Origin: Malacoraja senta
Lineage: Eukaryota
DNA length: 64,000 nt
Direction of reading: 5' to 3'
NCBI GenBank assembly: GCA_038087875.1
Contig: CM075987.1
Coordinates: 18,600,001 to 18,664,000 of the forward strand
The notes beneath the pieces are model-generated. The model worked only from the letters and a program-made list of their open reading frames with translations. It made no database searches and was not told the DNA's origin. Position numbers and translations under genes: made by a program. Below, one piece after another: positions 52,692-64,000 of the stretch. Position 1 is the first letter of the stretch. Each line of letters opens with the position of its first letter.

Positions 52692-53207
52692 CTGCCAATG
52701 GACAAACACATTAAACTGCTGTAGTCACCTACATTGTCCTCGAATGGTTCCAGAAATAAGTGATAGAGACAATATTCTATTCAATTGCAAGGCTCTTGAG
52801 AATTCTGCAGGAGAAGTAATTACTTCAAGTGAACAAAAGCTCCTCTCTTTCTTTAACAAGGGCTGGGGTACTCATATTTAAGTACCCTGTAATCTACAAC
52901 CAGAGATAGATAACATGCCACAGTCTGCATAACTACAAGAGGGAAGCATTTAAATAAATATGAAATTAGGACACCAGAACAGATTGGAAAAGATTTTTAG
53001 AGAAAACCATTATTAAAATCACAATTCTTATCTTTTTTCAGGAAGCCTAATTTGTAAGTGCTGATAAATTTGCTGATGCATGCAGTGCACAAGCACGTGT
53101 ACATGACATCTGCTTATTTGAGTTTAAATATTCTGTTTGCAATTAGTCTTTTCTTCAACACCTATGTCAAACCTAAAGAACTAATTTTACCCAAAATGAA
53201 TAGAGCT

Positions 53208-53460
53208 GCATGGTGGCACAGCGGTAGAGTTGCTGCCTTACAGCGCTAGCAGCACTGGAGAATTGGGTTCTTTTCTCCAAGATCTTCAGTTTCCTACCAC
53301 ACTCCAAAGACGTACAGGTTTGTGGGTTAATTGGCTTGGTACAAGTGTAAATTGTTCCCAGTGTGTGTGTGTAGGATAATGTTAGTGTGCGAGGATCGCT
53401 GGTTGGTGCGGACTCGGTGGGCCGAAGGGCCTGTTTCCACACTGCATCACTAAACTAAAC
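53208..53460 (+). mobile_element. HE1-type V-SINE with internal deletion
   Basis: ggtggcacagcggtagagttgctgccttacagcg...gactcggtgggccgaagggcctgtttcc...taaactaaac. Confidence 0.85.
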
Positions 53461-54817
53461 CAATTTATTTTAAGTAAACAAAACTTGTAAATTACATTGC
53501 TGATACACCATGGTTTAAAACTCTTGCTTGCCAAAGTTGCTAATATTGCAACTTTTCTGGTATGCTTCACTGCAGTTGTATCGAGATAATATCCATTCCG
53601 GTACCCTGCACAAATTTTTTTTAATTCACCAAGGAATTGTTTGAAACAGCAGCAGCATGGTCTATGCCTGGAAACATATACCACGATGAGACCTGCTTAA
53701 TTCCTGGAAGAACCTCCGCTTATTGCTACTTCTGACCCTTTGCTGTATACTAATGCCAAAAGGCCATTAGCCTATAAAAAGAACAGTTCCCATGACTACC
53801 AAACATCAGCAACAATATAAAATGACCACTAATTTAAATAGCTAGAGATGGCAGGGAAAAGGGAGGGCAATAGATTCACTGAACGCGATATCTAAATCCT
53901 GACACCAGAGGCAGAAGCTAGGAGACGTCCTGTGCATTGTAAACATGGTGTAGGGAGAGCACGAAACCCACAGTGCTACTGATAGAAGAACCAGTCAAAA
54001 AGTGACTGGGATAGGAGCACCAGGAGCACTGAGATACAATGAGGAAATAGCCTTCAACCATGGCAGCATGCACAAGGAATCTGGGGTGGGAGGGGTTGTA
54101 AATATATGTACTGCCCAAGTGTACTCAGATGGGTACCACAATTGGAATGCGGTCAAAAAGACAAATGGGAGTGCACAAGTTAGTTCACTGTTAAGGCTTG
54201 CCTCACAAAAAAGAAGGCATGTTTGGAAGATGTCCAAACTCTGGCAAATGGTTGTGCACAGCAAGGACACCAATGCCTCCTGGATGTGTATTGCATCGGG
54301 GATTCGGGTTATTCCCATTACTCAACACTTACTGGCTCATAGGCCACATTTGTTTCTGCACAGTCTCGTACTAACCCAGCTAAACATCTGGCTACAACCA
54401 TGGTTTAAAGCTCTGAAGGAACGGCAATATGCCGCAAGGTATCAACCAGTCATGAGTAAACCACAATCTTCACTGTGCAGCAAGATGTCATTCACAAACA
54501 GACTGCTGCTCTAAATGAAAACAAGGATGTTACAAGAACCAGAGTTCACCAGAGCAAAGAGATACAGAATATTAGCAGGATGCTTCCCGCAATACGAATG
54601 GATTTGTCACACAAGAGCATTGAACTCCTGCAGTAGGGACATGGCATAATGAAACACTCTTCTGCAGGACCAGCAACATATGGCCCATCCTCCACCCACC
54701 CAAAACTCTTTCATCATGGGCAGGGTCCTGTACAGGTTACAGAGCGCCTGGAACTGATCACTAATATAATCAGCATCTGCTTAATTATTATTTTTTGCAT
54801 TTTGCACTTAATTAGAG

Positions 54818-55471
54818 TAGACAATAGGTGCAGGAGTAGGCCATTTGGCCCTTCGAACCAACACCGCCATTTAATGTGATCATTGCTGATCATCCACAAT
54901 CAGTACCCCGTTCCTGCCTTTCATCATATCCCCTGACCGCTATCCTTAAGAGCTCTATCGAACTGCATATTCTTGCTATTGAGGGAGTGCAGCGTAGGTT
55001 TACAAGCTTAATTCCCGGGATGGCGGGACTGCCATATGCTGAGAGAATGGAGCGGCTGGGCTTGTACACTCTGGAGTTTAGAAGGATGAGAGGGTATCTC
55101 ATTGAAACATAAGATTGTTAAGGGTTTGGACACGCTAGAGGCAGGAAACATGCTCCCGATGTTGGGGGAGTCCAGAACCAGGGGCCACAGTTTAAGAATA
55201 AGGAGTAAGCCATTTAGAACGGAGATAAGGAAACACTTTTTCTCACAGAAAGTTGTGAGTCTGTGGAATTCTCTGCCTCAGAGGGTGGTGGAGGCTGGTT
55301 CTCTGGATACTTTCAAGAGAGAGCTAGATAGGGCTCTTAAAGATAGCGGAGTCAGGGGATATGGGGAGAAGGCAGGAACGGGGTACTGATTGGGGATGAT
55401 CAGCCATGATCACAATGAATGGCGGTGCTGGCTCGAAGGGCCGAATGGCCTACTCCTGCACCTATTGTCTA
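54818..55471. mobile_element. CR1 3' fragment (54966-55471, +) fused to an inverted copy of its own 3' end (54818-54965, -)
   Basis: ORF remnants ILAIEGVQRRFTSLIPG...ESRTRGHSLRI; both termini read tagacaataggtgcaggagtaggcc inward. Confidence 0.88.
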
Positions 55472-58249
55472 TAATATCAGAAGCATCATAACAGTTAATC
55501 AGGCACAGTAACCTTTAAAAAGTCTGAATAATGTGCACAGCTAGCTTGAATTCAGTTTCCTTATATACATAGGGTTGCCAAAGAAAAGTGATATTTCTTC
55601 CATCAGGAACAACAGTGGGTTAAACATGACTTAGACACATAGTGTCACAATGAGCATATCCAACATTTAACCAATGGTAATTTTATTCCACCTGTGGAAA
55701 GCATGAGGTGTAAATATGCCAGTACAGCATTTATACATTCTCAATGTTATCAATAGCCCATTGGGCAGCGATGAATCAGTGTTCTCATTGTGTTCCATGT
55801 GAATACTCAGTTGAGTGTGCACAGTTCTAGTTAGGATGGAAATTCACTTTGAAAATTCCACAGAACACAAGAGTCCAGTGTTATGCTACTGCACAAGATG
55901 AATCTTGACAAAGTCCATTGTGCATCTTTCCTTAACTGGAATGTGTAAACACTTTCCAGAAATAGATAGATGGTGGCCTTTTCTCAAAGCTGCCATCTTA
56001 AGAGCAGTGTGCATGAAGGATCAGACAGCAAGGGAGAAATGATTTTGGTGTTTGCTCTGGTGAAGCATTGCACCAAATGACCAACAGTCTAATATCATAA
56101 AGCACTCAACAGGATCCAACACCTTTTACTGAAAGCCCTCAAGAACATTCCCTGCACACCACAGCTTAATTAATAACAGTGCTCTTTGAAGGTACTCCCA
56201 AAACACTGTTAGAAATATTGAAGATTTTGAATCAATGTCAAAAAATGTCAAGCTGTTGAAGACATGATAGTGTGCAACTAGGAAGTTTGTGTTCCTATGC
56301 CCCCAAAACCTCTTACCCTTTTGGAGATTAGGGTTTTGTAAGTCAGAGAAGCCTGGACTTTACATTCAGCAGGCATTGCAAGATGAGGTGGAAAAAATGG
56401 ATGCTCAAGGCAGATTAGCTGCTGACTGTGGAATTTTCAGATCAAAGGACATCGACTACACCCATCAAAACAAGTAGAGCACATTCCACTCAATGAGCCT
56501 TTTAGATGGCAATGGTGATACATCAAGGAGTGAATCATAATAAATTTGATATTTACGTATAAATGTAAAATAGATCACTATGATTAGATTTGCTATTCAA
56601 AAGGATGTTAATAGGCTTAACACTCACTTTACAAGTGTAAACAAGATTACACAAAATGGTAATTTAAATAATAATCTCAGCTCATTGCAAATTTTTGATA
56701 AATATACAAAATTTCAAGAAATGTCCCTCAACTTATGTGCCTTAGACACACTTTTTTTCTCATTGATCTTGTGGTCTTGCATGGAAATATTGTGGCTTTC
56801 CTTTATGAGACTGCTGGTTTGTCTAACAACTTTCATAACCACCAAGTCATAAATTTCATTTTGGTAGAGGAAGCCAAAAGACAACCAAAATGTAGAGCCC
56901 CTTTTATGGCAAGAAACTTTACTATTGAACATTCATATGCATGCAGCATTCATGCAAAGAAAATAGGCAAGATGAGAGAGAGGAAAGATTATTGGTCTGC
57001 AGCTGAATGCATGGTGCTCCCGAAATTACTTCTATGAGAAAATAAAATCTCTTCACAACTGAAGAGTTTTACATTTAATAGATAACTTCCACTATATCAC
57101 CGATAAAGCGTGATAGGTCTCACTGGCATTAAACATTTAACAGTTTTTAAATAATTATATTTGAGCTCTTGCACCTTTGAACTAGCTAAAATGCATGGTG
57201 ATTTATGTTGTACTCAAGCTGTTGACCTTAAGTGCTAGCTAGCTGTCATTTTACAATAAAATCCAGCTACTGCATAAAATGTAAAAAGTATATTAAAAAG
57301 CCCTATTTTTATGCAGCACTCTACAGATTGAAATATCTAAGTGCACTGAGATTGTCTAAAATCAAGTAGGCATAAGAACATAGAACAGTGCAGCAGTGGA
57401 ACAGGTCCTTCGGCACACAATGTCTGTGCTGAACATGATGCTCAGTCAAACTTCTCTTCCTATACATGATCCATATTTTTCCATAAATTATGTATCTTTC
57501 CAATGTTCAATCTGTTGGTGGAAATTTCCTTAAATTGGAGTACTCATTACAAATTTTAGACTAAACTCAAAACAAGAAGCAAAACCTTTTCATTTATTTT
57601 AGCATCTGAAGGAGCCCATAAAATAATCAAGTGTTTATCAGTAAACAGCATCAACACATGCACTTCAAGAGAGCGATGCAAGCTTCTAATTCCATTGTAC
57701 AGGAAGAGGTGTAGAGAATTTGGAAAGGAGTTCTAAAGCTTGGGGCCCAAGCACCAGAAAGCATGGTTGCCAATGAAAAAAGATTGTAGAGTGAAGAGAT
57801 CAACATTGTCATTGAGGATGTTTGCGTGGATTCAAGAGGAACAATATTGACATATTTCATTTTTCATTAGAGTCAAAATGAAGGATTCACATTGGAGGAG
57901 GGGTGGGGGACTGGAAGGTAAAAATTGCAGGATACATTTCGGATCAGCTTAGACCTCTTTTGACTACATTGCAAACACCACTCAGATCATCAATTTATTG
58001 GCTCTCCTCATTCGGGTACCACAGAAGTTCCATGCATGGCAAGCAGAGAGCAAAAGCAAAACAAAAACAAAAAATCAGAGGATTCAAACAACATAAAGCT
58101 CAAATTATTACTGAAAAGACTGTGGCATAAAATGCTCTCCCCAAACTTAATCAGGAGGCCTGGTCTAATGATAGCTTACTTTTTCAACAATGCACTGAAT
58201 GTTGTATCTTCTTCACAAGTGAAGAATCAAGGTTTTAAATGATGCTTAC

Positions 58250-58426
58250 CCGAGACAAGTTCTAGTTTCTCACCAGGGTCACCCTCAGAGTACAGCTTGG
58301 GGTGACATCTGTAACCAATCTGACTGATGAGGCTGGCAGGAAGTGCAACCAGATCACGACGGACAAGCACACAAGAACGATTTTCCACCGTCATGTGGTT
58401 TGTTAACTGTGCAACTTTCTCTTGTG
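58250..58426 (-). CDS. NACC2: NACC2 exon preceding the BEN domain
   Basis: Minus strand ttttag|CACAAG...TCGG|gtaagc; [43 protein letters not shown]. Confidence 0.93.
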
Positions 58427-59672
58427 CTAAAAGAAATAGAAATAAGCTACATAATAAAAACTGCAACAATGTAAAATATATGACAACAGCAGATAGGACA
58501 TTCAAATGATTCTATGTGGAATTGTTTAGGAGGATATGAGTTTATTTTTCATCATCTTAGGATACAACAATTTTAAGCAATGTGCAATAAAAGTGATTGA
58601 AGCTCTTCAAGATGCTGTCATGAAAATCTGCAGTTAAATCTACATGTGTAAAGTGACTAACTCATAGGTATAAATCTGTTTCTTAGTTTGATGCTGGCAC
58701 TCAGGTTCATGATCCATTGAAACATATCCTGTAATTTACAAAGAACTTCATTATAATAAAGCGGAAAGATCAGTCTGAGCAACCCTTGCTGAGACATTTG
58801 CTGACAATGTTAAAAATGCCAGTCGGCCAAAATACTGTAATTTAAGTCCACATTCCATTGAACACATTCATTCACCAAGAATTCAAAAACTCTGATTTTG
58901 CAAAATTACTGTAAATATTTGAACATGCTAATTAATCTAGGCCAATGATTTGAGGTTTTGAAAGGCTATAGAAATCAACTGTGCAAAGCTGTCTGGTAAT
59001 GATGGATCAAAAGATGTTAATAGCACAGGAAGTAATTCAGCTTTGTTTCAATTATCTTTGTTCTAGGTCCTTGTGTCTTCCCTCGCTTCAAATACTTATT
59101 CTGTAAAATTTGTGACTGCTTTACTGCAATAAAAGTTACCAATGAATGTTTCAATAATTCCCTACATAAAGAAATTTACTTTCACCTCAGTCAATCCCAA
59201 ACATGTCAATATAGAGCCCCCCCACACGTGAGAGGGCAACACTGGATCTAGTATTAGGAAATTGGGAAGGGCAAGGTAATGAAGTGTTTGTGGAGGGGCC
59301 TTTTGGGACTAGTGACCACAGTTCGATTAGGTTTAAGATAGTCATGGATAAGAACAGAGAGGGTCCACGTGTTAAAATGCTCAATTGGAGTAAGGGCAAC
59401 TGAGGGTATAAGAGGTCTCGCTCAAGTTGACTGGAGCAGGTTATTTGAGAGGAAAGGAACATCGGCCAAGTGGGATGTTTTTTAAACTGTGCTGACAAAC
59501 GCTCAGACTACGTACGTCCCCGTTGGAGTGAAGGGCAAAGTAGGCAAAGCAGGCAAACGTAAGGAAGCTTGGCTGACACGGGAAATTGAGGCATTGATCA
59601 AAAACAAGGATGCATGGGGCACATTACAGGCAGTTGGGATAAGTGCATCCCTGGAGGAGTTTCGGGAACTTA

Positions 59673-59797
59673 TGGGCCTGTCCCACTTAGGCTATTTTTA
59701 GGCGACTCTCATAATCGTAAGCAGGTCGCCAAAAAAACGGCGACTGGACCCCCCTTCGGCAAAAAATGTGAAATAGAATAATACCTTAACTGGGGCA
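59673..59797. mobile_element. Truncated or decayed GGGCCTGTCCCACT-family MITE nested in CR1
   Basis: Begins tgggcctgtcccactt; removing it plus one 3-bp flank (tta/taa) restores the CR1 frame LEEFRELRSKLKKEIR. Confidence 0.7.
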
Positions 59798-60125
59798 TAA
59801 GGAGTAAACTGAAAAAGGAGATCAGAAGTGCAGAAAGGGGCCAGGAGATCGCTCTGGAGGGTAGCATTAAGGACAATCCCAATTTTTTTTATAAATACAT
59901 AAAGGAGAAAAGGGTGACTAGAGAAAGAGTGGGTCCTCTCAGGAATCAAAGCGGTCACCTCTGTATGGAGCAACAGGAGATGGGCAAGAGACTCAATGAG
60001 TATTTCTCCTCTGTATTTACCGAGGAGAAAGACAGTAGGACGGAAGAACTTGGGGCAGTCAATGGAAGTGTCTTGAGAGCAGTCAGTGTTACCGTTGAAG
60101 AAATACTGAAGGTACTATCGTGTAT

Positions 60126-60679
60126 AGAAACATAGAGAATAGGTGCAGGAGGAGGCCATTCGGCCCCTCGAGCCAGCACCGCCATTTATTGTGATCATGG
60201 CTGATCGTCCCCTATTAATAACCCGTGCCTGCCTTCTCCCCATATCCCTTGACTCCACTAGCCCCTAGAGCTCTATCTAACTCTCTCTTAAATCCATCCA
60301 GTGATTTGGCCTCCACTGCCCTCTGTGGCAGGGAATTCCATAAATTCACAACTCTCTGGGAGAAAAAGTTTTTTTTCACCTCAGTCTTAAATGACCTCCC
60401 CTTTATTCTAAGACTGTGGCCCCTGGTTCTGGACTCGCCCAACATTGGGAACATTTTTCCTGCATCTAGCTTGTCCAGTCCTTTTATAATTTTATATGTT
60501 TCTATAAGATCCCCTCTCATCCATCTAAACTCCAGTGAATTCAAGCCTAGTCTTTTCAATCTTTCCTCATATGACAGTCCCGCCATCCCAGGGATTAATC
60601 TCGTGAACCTACGCTGCGCACTGCCTCAATCACAAGGATGTCCTTCCTCAAATTAGGAGACCAAAACTGTACACAAAAC
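60126..60679 (-). mobile_element. Younger CR1 3' fragment inserted antisense into the older CR1
   Basis: ORF 60215-60586(-) MAGLSYEERLKRLGL...ESRTRGHSLRI; flanked by tgtat at 60121-60125 and 60680-60684. Confidence 0.9.
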
Positions 60680-63600
60680 TGTATGAAGGTAGCAAATCTC
60701 CAGGGCCTGATCAGATATCCAAGGACTGCGGGAAATCCGAGAGGAAATTGTGGGAGCCCTGGTTGAAATTTACGAGTCGTCCTTAAATACAGGAGAGGTG
60801 CCGGAAGACTGGAGGGTGGCAAATGTTGTGCCTCTTTTCATGAAGGGCTGCAGGGAAAATGCTGGGAACTATAGGCCAGTGAGCTTACCATCTGTAGTTG
60901 GAAAGTTACTAGAGAGTATTCTGAGGGATAGGCATATGGACGGGCAAGGGCTGATTTGGGAAAGTCAGCATGGTTTTGTATGTGGGAGGTCATGTCTCAC
61001 AAATCTGATTGAGTTTTTTGAAGACGTGACCAAAAAGGTCGATGAAGGCAGAGCTGTAGATGTTGTATACATGGATTTCAGTAAGGCATTTGACAAGGTT
61101 CCGAATGGTAGGTTGCTCTGGGAGGTTAGATCGCAAAGGATCCAAGGAGAGATAGATGAATGGATAGCAAATTGGAAGGAAGCAGAGGGCGATGGTGGAA
61201 GGTAGCTTCTCAGACCAGAGGCCTGTGACTAGTGGTGTCCTCAGGGTTCAGTGTTGGGCCCATTACTGTTTGTCATCTACATCAATGATTTAGATGAGAA
61301 CATATGGGGCAAGATTAGCAAGTTTGCTGATGATAGAAAAGTGGGAGGTTTTGCAGATTGTGAAGATGGTTGTGAAAGATTACAGCAGAATCTGGATCGA
61401 TTGGCTAGGTGGGCTGAGGAATGGTTGATAGAATTTAATACAGAGAAGTGTGAGGTGTTGCATTTTGGGATGTCGAACAAGGGCAGGACCTACAAAGTAA
61501 ATGGTAGGCCTCTGGGTTGTGTTGCAGAGAAGAGGGATCTCGGAGGACAAGTGCATGGTTCCTTGAAGGTCAAGTCGGTGGTAGATAAGATGGTCAAAAC
61601 GGCTTTTGGCACATTGGCCTTCATCAGTCAGAGTATAGAAGTTGGGAGGTCATGTTGCACCTAGACCATTGAAAACAACTGGCACTGGGCCAAGGGTGTC
61701 ATGGATATGCAAAGAGAGAAAAGAAATAAGAATTCGACAATGCAAGATGTTGAGTGATGCAGAGATACTACAGAGATCGGGTACAGAAGATATGAACAAA
61801 GCTGCTTGTGTTGCTAAATTGGATCACAAGTCAACAAATGCAGGGTCAATGAATGAAAGAGAAAGTGCAAGTTGGGACGCACGCAATTGAGTCAGACTGA
61901 TAAGGTGGCAGGTGGGAGACTAGAAGAAAATACTGGAATAGTTAACTGATAAAAACAAAAGCCTGGATCAGAACTTCAATGACAAAATGGAGAAGTTAGG
62001 GACGTGGAAGAGGTTGGGTGGGCTAATACACGTATGTAACTGTAATAATTTAGGATATGTGATTGGAAACTTAGCTCACAATTAGATCGAGTTTACAACA
62101 GTATGACTAAAATCAGCTTGGAAGCTACTCATTTCGGATCAGAGATGTATACTGAATACCAAATTTAGAAAAAACATCCACCATAAGAATTTAGTGTAAG
62201 TAACATTAATATTTTTAGTTTTGTACTTAATGTTAGGATCTAAAATAAATTTAGAAGTCTAATGTTTAGTTTCAATTTAAATGGCAAATAGGCTTAGTTG
62301 ATAACTTATTTTATATGCGCCAGGTATATATTGTCAGCTAAATATTTTAACTTCCTGCAAATATCCAAGCTTTATTATTTTCCCCATGACAACCACAAGC
62401 AAAGTTACCAAACAAACTGCATGACCAAACCGGACTAGAAACTCAGGAATGCTTGAATCAATAGCTTGAACTCAGTGTTATATTATGTTTTTATGTGGGG
62501 AGACAATACAAAATGGTCAACATTGATTTGCAATTCCAGAAGATCCTGGTTGACAGGTCATTGAAGACGTTTTTAAATAATAATTAGCCTTGTGGTTAAT
62601 AACAAGGAGAAAGGATGCAAACTGGATACAGGTATAATATACTCGCTAGATGCACAGGAATATAGCAAATCAAATGCAATCCAGAGAAGACAATGAAACT
62701 GGGGACGCCTAACCAGGCAAGAGATTTAATACAAGACACCATGCCAACAAGTGATGAGGACATGGGGAGCATTAAAGTGGATGCCCATTATGGGGGGAAA
62801 ATTTGGAACTGTTGTATATCGGTGCTTGGCATGGATAGAGTGGGCTGAAGGACCCGATCCTATACTTTAAAACTTTAAGTCTGGATACCCAAAAGTATCA
62901 AGACATGAACAAAGCATTCCTAATTTACAGGAGGAACAAATTGTAAAGTCAGAGAGGGGTTATGCTGGAAATGTATAGTTAGGCTGTAGGCATCGTGCAT
63001 GGTTCAGGAAGGGTGCTTGAGAGTGGAGATTTTCAGGAATATTGCTGGGAACTAGGTACAATGGGCAATATCCTCCCAGCTATTCAAACTCTCCCTAAAC
63101 TCAAGCCCTCAAACCCAGATAACATCCACTAACCCTGTAGTCCTAATTGTAATATGGGAAATATTCTTCATTCAAACAAGATAGGAATTAAAGTAGTGTA
63201 ATCTCATGAAATCTTTCAGATGAATCCCTAAAACACTCCACTGATCATAGGTCTCAACCCCAAAGTGATCACTTTATTCATACTGGTTCCTGTTCATGAA
63301 TTCTCCCTTTGTCAAATATATTATCCCCAAATCAGTGCATTTCTGGCCCAGCAAGGAAGATGGCGTGGCACAGCTTGCTTCTGGAAACTCAGGCAGGCAA
63401 AGTGAAGTAACCAACCATTTGAATAAGAGTGATCATCTTAATATGGTTGCACTAGAGAAAGTGCACAGGACATTCACCAGAATGGTGCCTGGATTAGAGC
63501 AGTTTGCTGTTGCTCTTCCAATGAAATCACAAAATCCAGGGGAAAAAAATATTAATTAATTAAAAATACTGTTTTAAAATAAAATTTAAATGGGTTCTTG

Positions 63601-64000
63601 ATTAAAATATAGGATGCCTTTCTACCAGAACAAAACATTAAACACCTGTATTCAATCGTTTCATGTTACAAAGCAATGAGGCAGATCAGCAGAGAGCAGA
63701 TAGATCTTAGCAGTTGAGAGAGCTAAAAACAGAAAATATTGCCGTCTTCTTGTAACAAACTACGATTTTTTCCAAATAGGTGCTTGCAATGTTGTGGAAT
63801 ACACCACCGATCTACGAATTCAGTGACAGATATTTTGCCACGGTCAAATAAATGTTGAAAGAAATGGGAAAAGGAAACAACTGGATTGTTACCGGGAATT
63901 GAGAAAACAGGTAAACACACAACAGTTGCATCATCTGGCAGATCCCGTGTCATAACTTCAATCTGTATCACAATCTGAATCTACATACCATTGCCAAGAC

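Larger units (their letters stand above)
48970..58426 (-). other. NACC2: NACC2-type (nucleus accumbens-associated protein 2, BTB/BEN) gene span, 5'-partial
   Basis: Four phase-consistent exons (177,106,98,494 nt) encoding the BEN domain and a C-terminus ending GTYAGTL as in NACC2. Residues [17 protein letters not shown] and RRVRKRWLPKIKSML match NACC2 rather than NACC1. Confidence 0.9.
59215..61660 (+). mobile_element. Degenerate CR1 LINE ORF2 (endonuclease end and RT) with two nested insertions
   Basis: PTRERATLDLVLGN; KSPGPD; VPEDWRVANVVPLF; NYRPVSL; QHGF...SCLTNL; YMDFSKAFDKV; GPLLFVIYINDL; KFADD; frameshifts and stops. Confidence 0.95.

Noticed and set aside
54002-54514. 170-aa ORF (+) inside an NACC2 intron
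   Set aside because: GTG start, no recognisable domain, no splice support; most likely chance or decayed repeat.
60750-61664. Functional reverse transcriptase gene
   Set aside because: Frameshifts, stops, nested insertions and 5' truncation indicate a dead CR1 copy.
58427-64000. NACC2 BTB/POZ coding exon
   Set aside because: No long non-repeat ORF or BTB motif on the minus strand; presumably beyond the window.

Overview
Eukaryotic, intron-rich vertebrate DNA. The repeat content (CR1/HER1-type LINEs, HE1-type V-SINEs, Deu-SINEs, Penelope-like elements) points to a cartilaginous fish, probably a skate or ray; this is an inference. Two convergent spliced genes were assembled by hand. (1) + strand: 13 coding exons (9389-31660) of an XPR1/SLC53A1-type SPX-EXS phosphate exporter, corresponding to human exons 3-15. 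They give 1934 nt in one frame with no stop and consistent splice phases, and include one GC-AG intron and a 46-nt terminal coding exon. Exons 1-2 were not found and probably lie upstream. (2) - strand: the last four coding exons (58426-48970) of an NACC2-type BEN-domain repressor; its BTB exon is probably beyond the window end. The most interesting signal is that the XPR1-type protein is intact yet clearly diverged from human XPR1 and sits beside NACC2. This suggests a retained second XPR1 (ohnolog) with changes at gating and extracellular residues. A second signal is a hammerhead-ribozyme-like consensus in the abundant Penelope-like tails. Most ORFs in the supplied track are repeat-derived or spurious. 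Human residue numbers and sequences are recalled from memory and need alignment; repeat boundaries are approximate unless a target-site duplication (TSD) is quoted.
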